Origin: an uncultured Gemmatimonadales bacterium
GTDB taxonomy: Bacteria > Gemmatimonadota > Gemmatimonadetes > Gemmatimonadales > GWC2-71-9
Length of the DNA: 64,000 bases
Direction of reading: 5' to 3'
NCBI GenBank assembly: GCA_963771275.1
Contig: CAVYSW010000010.1
Span: 1-64,000 of the forward strand
Of this stretch, positions 37,927 through 48,300 are shown one piece after another. The number at the start of each line of letters is the position of its first letter. Within the stretch, counting starts at the first letter, position 1. Both the position numbers and the translations under genes were made by a program. Below the pieces are notes generated by a model. That model did not search any database, had not been told where the DNA came from, and saw nothing but the letters and a program-made list of their open reading frames with translations.

Positions 37927-38943
37927 TCACGCCGCCGCGCCCGCGGCCCGCGCCCGCAGGTCGCTGAGCTGGAGGTTCGCCCGCCACAGCGACCAGAGGC
38001 CCAGCAGCGTGATCGGCACGAACCCGCAGACGTGGTAGCCGACGGCGAGCGAGACGGCCACGGTGGCCGGCACCGCGTAGAGCGTCAGCGCGGCGCGGGT
38101 CGCGCCTTCGAACAGGCCGAAGAACCCCGGGGTCGACGGGACCGCGACGCCGAAGGCGATCACACCCTGGAGCACCAGCGCCGGCCCCCACGAAAGCGAC
38201 AGTCCGAACGCCCGGAAAACGAGCCAGAACGATGCCGCGTTGGTGGTCCACAGCACGACCGACCACCACACGACGACCGCGAACCGCCGCGGCGCCCGCA
38301 GCGCCGACAGGCCGTCGAGCAGGCCCTCGATCAGATCCATGGCGCGGTGCGCCCAGCGGTCCGGCAGCGCGGCGCGCGTCACGCTCCGCGCGATCCGCAG
38401 CGTGAGCGCCGGCACGGCGACCACCACCAGCGCGGCCACGAGGAGGCCGCCGAAGACCAGCGCCGACCACGTCGTGAATCGCGCGACCGGCACGCCGGCG
38501 ATCGTCGTCTGCCCCCCGAAGCCGCCGGCGCCGAGCCCGAGGACGAGCAGGGCGAGCAGGACGACGCCGTCGAAGATCCGCTCCACGGCGACCGAGGCCA
38601 CCGCCGTGGTGAACCGGGTGCCGGTGAGCTGCGCCACGGCGTACGCGCGGGCCACTTCGCCGGCGCGGGCCGGCAGCAGGTTGTTGGCCATGAAGCCGAT
38701 CGCGGTGGCGTGCCACAGCGGGATCCACGGGAGGGGCGCCCCCTCGTAGCGGAGCAGCACCCGCCACCGGATAGTGCGGAGCGGGAACGCGAGCGTCGCG
38801 ACGCCCGTCGCGGCGAGCAGCCAGCCCCAGTGCGCGGAGCGGATCTGGCGCCACACTTCCGCGGGTGACACGTCGTGCAGGACCCACCACAGCAGCAGCA
38901 GGGTGATGACGACGCCGATGGCCCCGGACCACCGGAGGCGCAC
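37927..38943 (-). CDS. Lysylphosphatidylglycerol synthase TM (flippase-like) domain protein
   Basis: RTIRWRVLL, GFMANNLLPARAGEVAR, VERIFD, PSTPGFFGLFE. Confidence 0.9.
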   Translation of the reverse strand: MRLRWSGAIGVVITLLLLWWVLHDVSPAEVWRQIRSAHWGWLLAATGVATLAFPLRTIRWRVLLRYEGAPLPWIPLWHATAIGFMANNLLPARAGEVARAYAVAQLTGTRFTTAVASVAVERIFDGVVLLALLVLGLGAGGFGGQTTIAGVPVARFTTWSALVFGGLLVAALVVVAVPALTLRIARSVTRAALPDRWAHRAMDLIEGLLDGLSALRAPRRFAVVVWWSVVLWTTNAASFWLVFRAFGLSLSWGPALVLQGVIAFGVAVPSTPGFFGLFEGATRAALTLYAVPATVAVSLAVGYHVCGFVPITLLGLWSLWRANLQLSDLRARAAGAAA

Positions 38944-38944
38944 G

Positions 38945-40678
38945 TCAGGCGCCGGTGTCGAGACCGAGCTGGACGAGGTCGAACACTTCCTCGACGAGGT
39001 CGCGCACTTCGGCCGCGGGGACGCCCGCCGCGAACAGGGCTTCCACGTTGGCGCGGAGGCTCGCCGCCCGCTGCAGGGCGGCCGCGCCGCGGTAGCAGAG
39101 GTCCGTGATGGGAACGACCGCGGTCGGCGCGGCCGTCACGGGTGCGGCGGCGGGCGCGGTGCGGGCCGGTGCCGGTATTGGCGGCGCGACGCGGGCCCGC
39201 CGCGGATCCGCCGGAGGACCCGCGAGGAGCTCGGTGAGCGACGGCGTGCCGAGACCCAGCGTGTCGAGGTAGCGCCAGTACCGCATCAGGCTGCCGGCAA
39301 GATCGGCCGGCTCGTCCCCGGCTTCCGGCGCGGTGGCCGGAGATGGCGGCCCCGCGGCGACGCGGCTGGGGGTGGGCGCGGGGGCCGGCGCAGCCGCGGC
39401 GGGAGCCGGGGGTGCGGCGGGTCGGGATGGCGTGGGCGAGGGCTCGGCAGCCGGAGCGGCGGGGTGCGCTGCCGGCACGAGCGCCTGCAGCTCGTCGGCC
39501 AGGGTGGCGAGCGCGCTCTCTTCTTCCATGCCGAGCGCGGTGCCGACATGGCGCAGCGCACCCGCAAAGCCGCCCGGATTGCTGATCGGTGTTCCGTGGG
39601 CGATCGCGTCGCGGCCGGCGCGCGCGAACCTGGCCGCCGCGGACCGGAGGTGCGGGCCGACCCCGTGCTCGAGCGTGCGCAGCGTGTCGGCGAGCGCGAG
39701 CGCCCGCAGCGCCCGCAGGGTCGGGGCCGACGCCTGCTCGATGCCGTTCGCCAGTTGCTTGAGGTGCTCGCCCAGCGCCACCAGCTCCACGCGTCCGAGC
39801 TCCGGCTCCGGCGACGAGGGGGGCAGGCGTTCGAGCACATGGGGACCGGGGTCGTCCGGGTAGAGCGTCTCGATCCGCACGGCGGGCTCGTCCAGGCCGA
39901 GCAATCGTCGGAGGCCGTCCGCGAAGCGTCGAATCTCGACGGACTCGACGTCGGCGCGACCGGCGGTCGCGAGCTCGCGCGTCGCCTGGGTGAGCGCCTT
40001 GGCGCTGGAGTCGAGCACCTCGGCGGCGCCATCCGGCAGCTCGGGAGCGCGCGTGATCGCGGTCACCGCGCGATCGATCCCGTCGAGCAGATCCCCGAGC
40101 GGTGGGAATTCCCCGAGGCTCGCGAGGCCCCGGAGCGGCTGCATGACCTGCGCCACCGCCTGCAGCGGCTCGTGGGGGGTGCCGTGGCGTTCCAGCGCGG
40201 CCACCGCGCGGGCGAGCGCGCTGGCGAGACCGGCCGCCTCCCGCGCCACGAACGCGCGGGTCCCCGCGTCGGGGCTGGACGTGTGGGCGCGCGGCGTGCC
40301 ATGCGGGGCCTTGCCGCCGACGGCCTCGAGCGCCGACGCGAGATCGCGAGCCCGCGCCGTGTCGCTGTCCGCCCATTCACGCACGCGGCGGACGTACAGC
40401 TTGAGATCGTCGACCGCCCGGATCGACAGCTGACGGGTGGCCTCGTCCCACGACCGCCGGCCTTCGCGGACCGCGCGCGCCACCTGCTCGAACGCCCCCG
40501 CCACCGCGGCGATCGGCTGCTGGTTCGCCATGAGCGCCGCGCCCCGGAGGGCTCGCGTCAGCCGCTGGAACTCCTCGCCGTTGGGGTTGCCCGGCGTGGA
40601 CACGAGCGTATCGAGCCGCTCGAGATACTCGCCGGCCTCCATCGTGAAGAACTCCGCCATGCCGAGCTGCTTGTCCAT
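38945..40678 (-). CDS. Helical protein with N-terminal Hpt-like bundle lacking the phospho-His
   Basis: EFFTMEAGEYLERLD...RLTRALRGAALMA; Pro/Ala linkers; short C-terminal helical domain. Confidence 0.75.
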   Translation of the reverse strand: MDKQLGMAEFFTMEAGEYLERLDTLVSTPGNPNGEEFQRLTRALRGAALMANQQPIAAVAGAFEQVARAVREGRRSWDEATRQLSIRAVDDLKLYVRRVREWADSDTARARDLASALEAVGGKAPHGTPRAHTSSPDAGTRAFVAREAAGLASALARAVAALERHGTPHEPLQAVAQVMQPLRGLASLGEFPPLGDLLDGIDRAVTAITRAPELPDGAAEVLDSSAKALTQATRELATAGRADVESVEIRRFADGLRRLLGLDEPAVRIETLYPDDPGPHVLERLPPSSPEPELGRVELVALGEHLKQLANGIEQASAPTLRALRALALADTLRTLEHGVGPHLRSAAARFARAGRDAIAHGTPISNPGGFAGALRHVGTALGMEEESALATLADELQALVPAAHPAAPAAEPSPTPSRPAAPPAPAAAAPAPAPTPSRVAAGPPSPATAPEAGDEPADLAGSLMRYWRYLDTLGLGTPSLTELLAGPPADPRRARVAPPIPAPARTAPAAAPVTAAPTAVVPITDLCYRGAAALQRAASLRANVEALFAAGVPAAEVRDLVEEVFDLVQLGLDTGA

Positions 40679-40708
40679 TCGGAACCGGGCCGAGAGGTCG
40701 AGGCTAAA

Positions 40709-41455
40709 CTACGGTCGGGCCTTGGCTTGGTCAACGCGCGCCGCGTCCACGATGGCCCGCATTTCCGCCACGGCCGCGGCCATGCCCACCATGATCGCCC
40801 GGCTCACGATGCTGTGTCCGATGTTGAGCTCTTCGATCTCGGCGATCGCGGCCACCGCAGCCACATTCTGATACGTGAGCCCGTGCCCGGCGTGCGCCGC
40901 GAGTCCGAGGCTCCGGGCGTGGCGGGCGGCGTTGCACAACTGCTCGAGCTGCCGCCCCGACTGCGGGAACGCGTTGGCATAGGCGCCGGTGTGCAATTCG
41001 ACAGCGTCCACGCCGAGTCGCGCGGCCACGTCGAGCGTGGGCAGGTCGGGTGTCACGAACAGGCTCAGCCGGACGCCCGCATTGCGCAGCCGGGCAATCG
41101 CGTCCACCAGCGCGGCGTCCGGGCTGCCGGGTGCGGTGAGCTGCAGGCCGCCCTCGGTGGTGATCTCCTGCCGCCGCTCGGGCACGAAGGTCGCCTGATG
41201 GGGCTTGAGCTGCGCCGCTAGCGCGACGATGTCGGGCGCGGAGGCCAGCTCGAGGTTGAGCACGGTGCTCACCCGGGCCGCGAGCCGGTGCACGTCGTCG
41301 TCGCGGATGTGGCGACGGTCCTCGCGCAGGTGCACGGTGATGCCGTCCGCTCCCGCCGCCTCGCAGAGCGCCGCCGCCTCCGCGGGATCCGGCTCCGCGG
41401 CCCGGCGCGCCTGTCGCACCGTCGCGACGTGATCCACGTTCACGTAGAGCCGCAT
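40709..41455 (-). CDS. pdxJ: Pyridoxine 5'-phosphate synthase
   Basis: VNVDHVATVRQAR, GITVHLREDRRHI, VPERRQEITTEGG, ELHTG, HAGHGL, ELNIGHSI. Confidence 0.98.
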   Translation of the reverse strand: MRLYVNVDHVATVRQARRAAEPDPAEAAALCEAAGADGITVHLREDRRHIRDDDVHRLAARVSTVLNLELASAPDIVALAAQLKPHQATFVPERRQEITTEGGLQLTAPGSPDAALVDAIARLRNAGVRLSLFVTPDLPTLDVAARLGVDAVELHTGAYANAFPQSGRQLEQLCNAARHARSLGLAAHAGHGLTYQNVAAVAAIAEIEELNIGHSIVSRAIMVGMAAAVAEMRAIVDAARVDQAKARP

Positions 41456-41496
41456 GCGCGCTTGCCCCCGTTTCCCCAAGTTCGTACGTTCCTCTG

Positions 41497-41958
41497 GTGA
41501 ACTCTAATACGCTAGTGCGGCTGCGGCTGCTCGCGCCTGCCCTGATCGCCGCGGCCCTGCTCGGCGCGGGCTGTGGCCGGCCATCGGCGACGGCAGGTCC
41601 CACGCCCCAGGATCCCGCCGTTCTGATCGAGCGGTTCATGGCGGCGGTCAAGGCCAACGACCTCTCCACGCTGGGGAACTTGTGGGGGACGAGCAAGGGC
41701 CCGGCGTCCCAGAGGATGGCGCGCGACGAGCTCCACAAACGTCTCGTCATCATCCAGTCGTACCTGGCGCACGAGAGCTACACGATCGTCCCCGGAACGC
41801 AGGCCGCGCCAACCGGCGAGCAGCAAGTGCAGGTCCAGCTCACGCGCCGGGGGTGCACGCCCGTCGTGCCGTTCACGCTGGTGCGCTACAAGGGCGGCTG
41901 GCTGGTGTCCTCAATCGACCTCTCGGCGGCCGGGAACCCGGCGATCCCGTGCAGCTGA
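41497..41958 (+). CDS. Hypothetical lipoprotein (NTF2-like fold possible)
   Basis: Lipobox LGAGC; ERFMAAVKANDL..LWG; VPFTLVR..GWLV. Confidence 0.75.
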   Translation: MNSNTLVRLRLLAPALIAAALLGAGCGRPSATAGPTPQDPAVLIERFMAAVKANDLSTLGNLWGTSKGPASQRMARDELHKRLVIIQSYLAHESYTIVPGTQAAPTGEQQVQVQLTRRGCTPVVPFTLVRYKGGWLVSSIDLSAAGNPAIPCS

Positions 41959-41962
41959 GGCG

Positions 41963-42361
41963 CTACTCGGTCAGCTCGAGCAGGATGCCGGCGGTGGCCT
42001 TGGGGTGCAGGAACGCGATGCGGCGCCCGCCATGCCCCGCGCGGGGCGTCTCGTCCACGAGCCGGTAGCCGCGTGCGCGGCACGCCGCGAGCGCCCGATC
42101 CAGGTCCGGCACGCGCAGGCACAGGTGGTGGATGCCCGGCCCGCGCCGCGCCAGGAACTTCGCGATGGGGCTGTCGGTTGACAGGGGCGACAGCAGCTCC
42201 ACCTGCGCGTCGCCGACGGGCAGCGTGACGATGCGCGCGCCGTCGACGACCTCGGGCGCCCCCGGGGTGAGGCCGAGCACGTCGCGGTAGAACGCGAGCG
42301 CCTCCTCGAGATGGGGGACGGCGATCCCGACGTGCGCGATGGTGGCTTGGGATAGCGGCAC
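41963..42361 (-). CDS. mce: Methylmalonyl-CoA epimerase
   Basis: HVGIAV, VELLSP, SPIAKFLARRGPGIHHLC, IAFLHPK..GILLEL. Confidence 0.92.
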   Translation of the reverse strand: MPLSQATIAHVGIAVPHLEEALAFYRDVLGLTPGAPEVVDGARIVTLPVGDAQVELLSPLSTDSPIAKFLARRGPGIHHLCLRVPDLDRALAACRARGYRLVDETPRAGHGGRRIAFLHPKATAGILLELTE

Positions 42362-42430
42362 GAAACCTCCTCGGGCGGAGCGGCGCGAGCGGCGCGCCCG
42401 CGCGCAGAACATAATGCGAGGGAGCAGACG

Positions 42431-42757
42431 ATGGCAGGGACGCAGCACGTGACGGACGCGGATTTCGCGACCGAGATCGAGCAGCATCAGGGCCTGGCGA
42501 TGGTGGACTTCTGGGCGGCGTGGTGCGGGCCCTGCAAAATCATCGCGCCGTACGTCGAGCAGCTGGCCGGCGAGTACGGCGGACGACTCAAGGTCGCCAA
42601 GCTGGACGTGGACGCGAGCCCGCGCACGCCGGCGCGGTTCAACGTCCGGTCGATCCCGTCGGTGCTGTTCTTCAAGGACGGCGCGCTGGTCGACTCGGTG
42701 GTCGGCGCGGTGCCCAAGTCCCAGCTCACCGCGAAGGTCGAGCAGCACCTCCGGTGA
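42431..42757 (+). CDS. trxA: Thioredoxin
   Basis: VDFWAAWCGPCK, VRSIP. Confidence 0.97.
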   Translation: MAGTQHVTDADFATEIEQHQGLAMVDFWAAWCGPCKIIAPYVEQLAGEYGGRLKVAKLDVDASPRTPARFNVRSIPSVLFFKDGALVDSVVGAVPKSQLTAKVEQHLR

Positions 42758-42806
42758 TGCTCCACCGCGAAAGACGGGCGCCCGGGAACGGGCCGCCCGG
42801 ATCCGT

Positions 42807-43814
42807 GTGCGGCCCAGCGTTGCGATTCTAGGCGGGACGCCGGTCCGGCTGGCCGATCTGCAGTTCCCCGCGCGCCGGGTCCAGATCGCCCGGACGCGGA
42901 TTGCGTTCATCCATCTCGACAACCTGGTCCACTTCGCCAAGAACGACCGCGACGGGCGGGTCGACGGCTACATCGCGGTCTACCTGTCGGACGAGCTGCT
43001 CCTGCTGTTTCTGCGCGGTGGCGACCTGACGACGGCGGTCTCGTTCACCACCGCCGGCCGGTCGGTCGTGCCACTCGCCGCCGCGCTGCGCCGGATGCGC
43101 GAGCAGCTGGCGCGCGGCGAGCTGCTGTTTTGCGAGGCGCCCCTCGAGCAGCTGGCGTGGATGTACCAGAGTGGCGCGGCGCCCGCCCGGCCGCACGCCG
43201 CCGCCGCCGACCGGGCCCGGGTGCTCGACGCGCTCCGGGACGAGCGGTACTCCGGCGTGGTCGAGCTGATCATCGACGGCCAGGTGTCGTATCTGCGGCT
43301 CGAACAGGGCGAGCCGCGCACCGCGTACGCCGCCGAGGCGCCGGGCGACAGCCCGCCGCCGGCGGATCTGCTGGCCCGCCTGGCGGCGCGCGCGGCGGCC
43401 GGGACCGTGGCGGTGAGCGTGTTTCCCGCGACCGACGAGCTGCCGGCCCAGCCGCCGCCGGCCCTGATCGACGCCTACCGCGAGGTGTTCTGGCGCATCA
43501 TCGAGGTCGCCGAGCGCGAGGTGCCCGGTGAGGCGATGCGCCGGGCGCTGTCGCTGCGCGACACGCTCGCCCCGATCCACGGGTCGCTCGCGGTGCTCGG
43601 GGCGGAGCGGGGCAAGCCGCCCGTCCCGGTGGTGACGACGCCGGAGGCCATGACGTCCGGGCTCGCCGACTGGGCGCTGCAGCTGCTCGAGCAGCTCGAG
43701 ATCATCGCACCCGGCGTGGCCCCGGGGGTGGTGCGCGACGCCACGCGCGAGCAGCGCTACGTGCTGCAGCGGGCCGGCTTCTACACCCGGCTGCCGTGGC
43801 CCGTCGAGTGGTGA
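42807..43814 (+). CDS. Hypothetical protein, possibly two PATAN/DUF4388-like modules
   Basis: DGYIAV...LLFLRGG and YSGVVEL...YLRLEQG segments; stop overlaps the rsmI start. Confidence 0.7.
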   Translation: MRPSVAILGGTPVRLADLQFPARRVQIARTRIAFIHLDNLVHFAKNDRDGRVDGYIAVYLSDELLLLFLRGGDLTTAVSFTTAGRSVVPLAAALRRMREQLARGELLFCEAPLEQLAWMYQSGAAPARPHAAAADRARVLDALRDERYSGVVELIIDGQVSYLRLEQGEPRTAYAAEAPGDSPPPADLLARLAARAAAGTVAVSVFPATDELPAQPPPALIDAYREVFWRIIEVAEREVPGEAMRRALSLRDTLAPIHGSLAVLGAERGKPPVPVVTTPEAMTSGLADWALQLLEQLEIIAPGVAPGVVRDATREQRYVLQRAGFYTRLPWPVEW

Positions 43815-44641
43815 CCCCCGGCACGCTCTTCGTCGTCGCCACCCCGCTCGGCCATCTCGCTGACCTCTCCCCGCGTGGCGCCGACACCTTGCGCGCCGTC
43901 GCCCTCGTCGCCGCGGAAGACACGCGGCGGACCCGCGCGCTGCTGAGCCACCTCGACGCGCATCCCCGACTGGTGAGCTGCCACGCGCATTCCCCGCCGG
44001 GCCGCCTGACCGCCATCGTGCAGATGCTCGCGGCCGGCACGTCCGTGGCGCTGGTGACGGACGCCGGGACACCGACGATCAGCGACCCCGGGGCCGAGCT
44101 GGTGGCCCGGGCGCGCGCGGCCGGCTGCCCGGTCGCCGTCGTGCCGGGGCCGTCGGCCGTGGCGGCGGCGCTCAGCGTGTCGGGGCTGAGCGCGGATCGC
44201 TACACGTTTCTCGGCTTCGTCCCACGGCGGGGGCCGGAGCGGGTGGCCCTGCTCGCGCACGCCGCGCAGGCCCGCTGGTCCGTCGTGCTGTTCGAAGCGG
44301 CCCCCCGCCTGGGGCGCTTGCTCGCGGACCTGGGCGCCGTTTGCGGGGCGGAGCGCGCCGCCGCGGTGGCGCGCGAGCTCACCAAGCTGCACGAGGAGGT
44401 GCGGGCCGGAACCCTCGGGGAGCTGGCGGTTTACTACGAGGCACACGAGCCGCGCGGCGAGCTCACCGTGGTGGTGGCGGGACGATCCGATCCGGGACCC
44501 GCGCCGACCCCGCCGCAGGCGCGTGGACGCGCCGCCGAGCTGCTGGCGGCCGGTACCAGCCGGCGCGATGTCGTGCGACGCCTGGTGGAGGAGTTCGCCC
44601 TCCCCCGCAACGAGGCCTACCGCCTGGTCACCGAGCTGTGA
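43811..44641 (+). CDS. rsmI: 16S rRNA (cytidine1402-2'-O)-methyltransferase
   Basis: LFVVATPLG, AAEDTR, VTDAGTPTISDPG, PGPSA, ARELTKLHEE. Confidence 0.97.
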   Translation: MTPGTLFVVATPLGHLADLSPRGADTLRAVALVAAEDTRRTRALLSHLDAHPRLVSCHAHSPPGRLTAIVQMLAAGTSVALVTDAGTPTISDPGAELVARARAAGCPVAVVPGPSAVAAALSVSGLSADRYTFLGFVPRRGPERVALLAHAAQARWSVVLFEAAPRLGRLLADLGAVCGAERAAAVARELTKLHEEVRAGTLGELAVYYEAHEPRGELTVVVAGRSDPGPAPTPPQARGRAAELLAAGTSRRDVVRRLVEEFALPRNEAYRLVTEL

Positions 44642-45324
44642 GGATTGGCCGACCGCGTCTCGTCTTCCCGCTTCTCACCGCGCTCGGGCTGAGCGGATTC
44701 GCCCGCGCCGCCCTTCCGGCGGCGCGCACCATGACCATCGGGCGGCTGCAGTACGACGGCGGCGGCGATTGGTACGGAAACCCGTCGAGCCTGCCCAACC
44801 TGCTGGCGGCGATTCGCACGGAGACCGGGTTGCCCGTGGCCGATCGCGAGGTGACCGTCACGCTCACCGGGCCCGAGCTCTGGGACGTCCCCTACCTCTA
44901 CATGAACGGGCACGGCAACGTGCGGTTCACCGACGGCGAGGTCGCGGTGCTGCGCCAGTACCTCGAGCAGGGCGGCTTTCTCCACGCGGACGACAACTAC
45001 GGGATGGACGCGTCGTTCCGGCGGGAGATCGCCCGCGTGTTCCCCGATCACGCGTTGGTCGACGTCCCGCTCGACCATCCGATCTACCACATCGTGAACC
45101 GCTTTCCGCGCGGAATCCCCAAGGTGCACGAGCACGACGGCAAGCCGGCGCAGGGCCTCGGCATCTTCCTGGGCGACCGGCTGGTCGTGTACTACTCGTA
45201 TCAGTCGGACCTCGGTGACGGTTGGGAGGACCCCGACGTGCACCATGACCCCGCGCCAATCCGCGAGGCCGCGCTGCGCATGGGCGTCAACCTGTTCACC
45301 TACGCGGTGACGGCGGCCCGATGA
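44638..45324 (+). CDS. DUF4159 domain protein
   Basis: YDGGGDWYGNP, YLYMNGHG, GGFLHADDNYG, DLGDGWED, MGVN. Confidence 0.9.
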   Translation: MRIGRPRLVFPLLTALGLSGFARAALPAARTMTIGRLQYDGGGDWYGNPSSLPNLLAAIRTETGLPVADREVTVTLTGPELWDVPYLYMNGHGNVRFTDGEVAVLRQYLEQGGFLHADDNYGMDASFRREIARVFPDHALVDVPLDHPIYHIVNRFPRGIPKVHEHDGKPAQGLGIFLGDRLVVYYSYQSDLGDGWEDPDVHHDPAPIREAALRMGVNLFTYAVTAAR

Positions 45325-48300
45325 GCGTGCGCGACTGGCTGGAGCGCGAGCGCCGGCGCGTGCGGCGCGGCGCCACCGTCGCGACCGCCCTCGTGGCGTG
45401 CGGCACGGGCGCGGCGGTGCTGATGCTCGGCATCGTGCTGGAGCGGGCGGGGCTGTATCGGCACGCGCCCGAGGTGGTGCTCGGGATCTGGCTGGCGGTG
45501 GGTGGCGTGCTGGTCGGCGCGACCGGGCTGGGGCTGCGGCGGCTGCGCGCCGCTTCGCGCGCCGCGCTGGCGGGCGATGTCGAGCGCCGGGCGGGACTCC
45601 GGCGCGGCGTGCTGGCGGGGCTCGCGGAGCCGGTGGCCCAGGGCAGCGCCGAGCTGGCCGGGCTGGCGGACCGCCAGATGGGCGCGTGGCTCGAGGCGCA
45701 CCATGCCGAGGCGGCCGCCGCGATCGCGGCGCCGCGGCGCCGCGACCTGCGCCAAGGCGTGGTGGTGGCCGCCGCCGGGCTGCTACTGTTCGTCGCCAGC
45801 GGGCCGCAGCGCGGTGTCTCCGCGCTGTGGCACCCGCTGGCGACAATGCGGCGCGCGCACGGGCCCGTGACGCTCGCCGTGGATGCTGAGACCGTGCGAC
45901 GGGGCGACGTGGTGAGGGTCTCGGTACGCGCGGCGGGCCGCCGCACGGCGCTGCTCTACCAGCGCGCGCCGGGCGAGCCGTGGCGCGCCACCACGCTCGC
46001 GCTCGACAGCGCCGGGCGCGCGACGCGCCCGATCGGGCCGCTGGACGCCGATCGCTACCTCTACGCCGAGAGCGGCGGCCGCGCGTCGGATACGGCGCGG
46101 GTGCACGTGACGTTCCCGGCGTTCGTCACCGATCTCGACTTGCTGGCCGTGTTCCCCGCGTACCTCGAGCGACCAGACGAGCCGCTCGCCGTCGGCCCGG
46201 ACACGCTGCTCCTCCCCGTCGGCACGCGGATCACGGCGACCGGGCGGGCGAGCGTCCCGCTCGAGCGGGCGGCGTGGGTCAGTGGCGACCGGCGTGTTCC
46301 CCTCGCGACGGTGGGCGACGCGTTCCGCGGCACGCTCCCCGTCGAGGGGTCGGGCGTGTGGAGCCTGGCGCTGGCGGGCGCGGAGGGGCCGGTGGACGGC
46401 CCCGGAGGCGGGCTCGTGGTCCGGGCGATTCCGGACAGCGCGCCGGCGGTCGCGGTTCCCGTCCCGGGGGTCGACACGACCGCGCCGACCTCGCTGCAGC
46501 AGCTGCTCGTGCTGGACCTCCGTGACGATCACCGCGTCACGCGCGCCGCGGTCGTGAGCCGCCGCGTGAGCCGGCTCGGCATCGCCGGGAGGCCGCGGGT
46601 GGACACGGTGCCGCTGCCCGCGGGGGGGCTCGAGCGCGCGATCCTGCAGTGGGTGCTGGACCTGAACGGGCGGGGGTTCCTCCCCGGCGACACCGCGTTC
46701 TTCCGCGCGCGCGTGTGGGACAACGCCCCGCGTCCGCAGACGGCGGAGACGCGCGAGTACGCGCTGCGGCTGCCGTCGCTGGCGGACCTGCGCGAGGCGG
46801 CGCGGCGCGAGGTCCGCTCGCTTGCCGCGGCGACCGACTCGGTCGTGCGGGCGCAGCAGGAGCTCGGGCGCGCCACGCAGGATCTGGCGCGGGAGCGCGA
46901 GCGCACGTCGGGCGCGGGCCGGCCGGGCGACGCGCGGGAGCAGCTGGGCTATCAGGCTGCGGAGCGCGCGGGGGAGATCGGCGCCGACCAGCGTGCGGTG
47001 ATCCAGCGGGCCGAGGAGCTGCGCCGCCGCGTCGCGGAGCTGTCGCGCACCGCCGAGGAGGCAGGGCTCAACGACTCCGCGTGGCTGGAGCAGGTGGCCG
47101 AGCTGCGCCGGCTGCTCGAGCAGGCGATCACGCCGGAGCTCGCGGCGACGCTGCGCCGCCTCGAGGAGGCGATGCAGCGGCTCGATCCGGAAGGCGTGCG
47201 CGACGCGCTCGAGCGGTTGGCCGCGCAGCAGGACCAGCTGCGGCGCGAGCTGGAACGCTCGCGCACGCTGTTCGAGCGCGCGGCGATCGAAGGCGAGATG
47301 ACGACGCTCGCGGACGATGCGGCGGAGCTGGTGCAGCGCCAGCGTGACTGGACGCAGGCGATGACCCGTGCTCCCGACACCGCGCTCGCGCGACCGGAGC
47401 GGCAGCTTGCCGGCGAAACCGATTCCCTGGCGCAGCGGCTGGCCGCGGTGGAGCGCGCCGCCCGCGCGGCGGGCGCCGACTCGGCCGGCGCGAGCAGCGC
47501 CGCGCGGGCGGCCGATGCCCGGACGAGCATGGACGCGGCGGCCGCGGCCGCCGCGGGCGGGGCGCAGCGCGAAGCGGTGCGCGAAGGGGAGGCGGCGGCG
47601 CGACAGCTCGATCCGGTCGCGCAAGCGCTCAAGCTGCAGCGCGACGCGCTGCGCGAGGCGTGGCGCCGCGATGTGCTGGCCGCGATGGACCGGGCGCTCG
47701 TCGAGACGGCGCAGCTCGCGCGCCAGCAGGAGGAGATCGTGCAGCGGCTCGACCGTGGCGAGGGCGACGCGGGGGTGCGCGGTGCCCAGGCCGCGGCGCG
47801 GGACGGGCTGGATCGGGTGCTGGCGCGGCTGCAGGACGCGGCCGGCAAGCACGCGCTCGTGTCGCCGCGGCTCGGCGCGGCCCTGGGGTACGCCAAGGGG
47901 CGGATGACCGGGGCGCTGGAGCAGCTGGAGCAGGGCACCCCCAACACGCGCGGCGCGGCGCTCGCGGCGGGGGACGCGCTGGACGGCCTCAACGCCCTCG
48001 CCATGCAGCTCGTGCGCGGCCGGTCGGCGATCGCCAACGCGCAGTCCGGCTCGGGACTGCAGGAGGCGATCGAGCAGCTGGCGCAGCTGGCCCAGCGGCA
48101 GGGAACGATGGCCGGCCAGGGCGGGGGCCTGCTGCCGCTGATGCCGGGGGGGGGCGCGGCGCTGATGGCGCAGCTGCGGCAGCTCGCCGCAGAGCAGCGG
48201 GCGCTGGCGGCCCAGCTCGAGCGCATGCGGGCGCAGGGACAGGCGAGCGGGGCGGGGGCGTACGCGGAGGAAGCGAACGAGATCGCGCGGTCCCTCGAGC

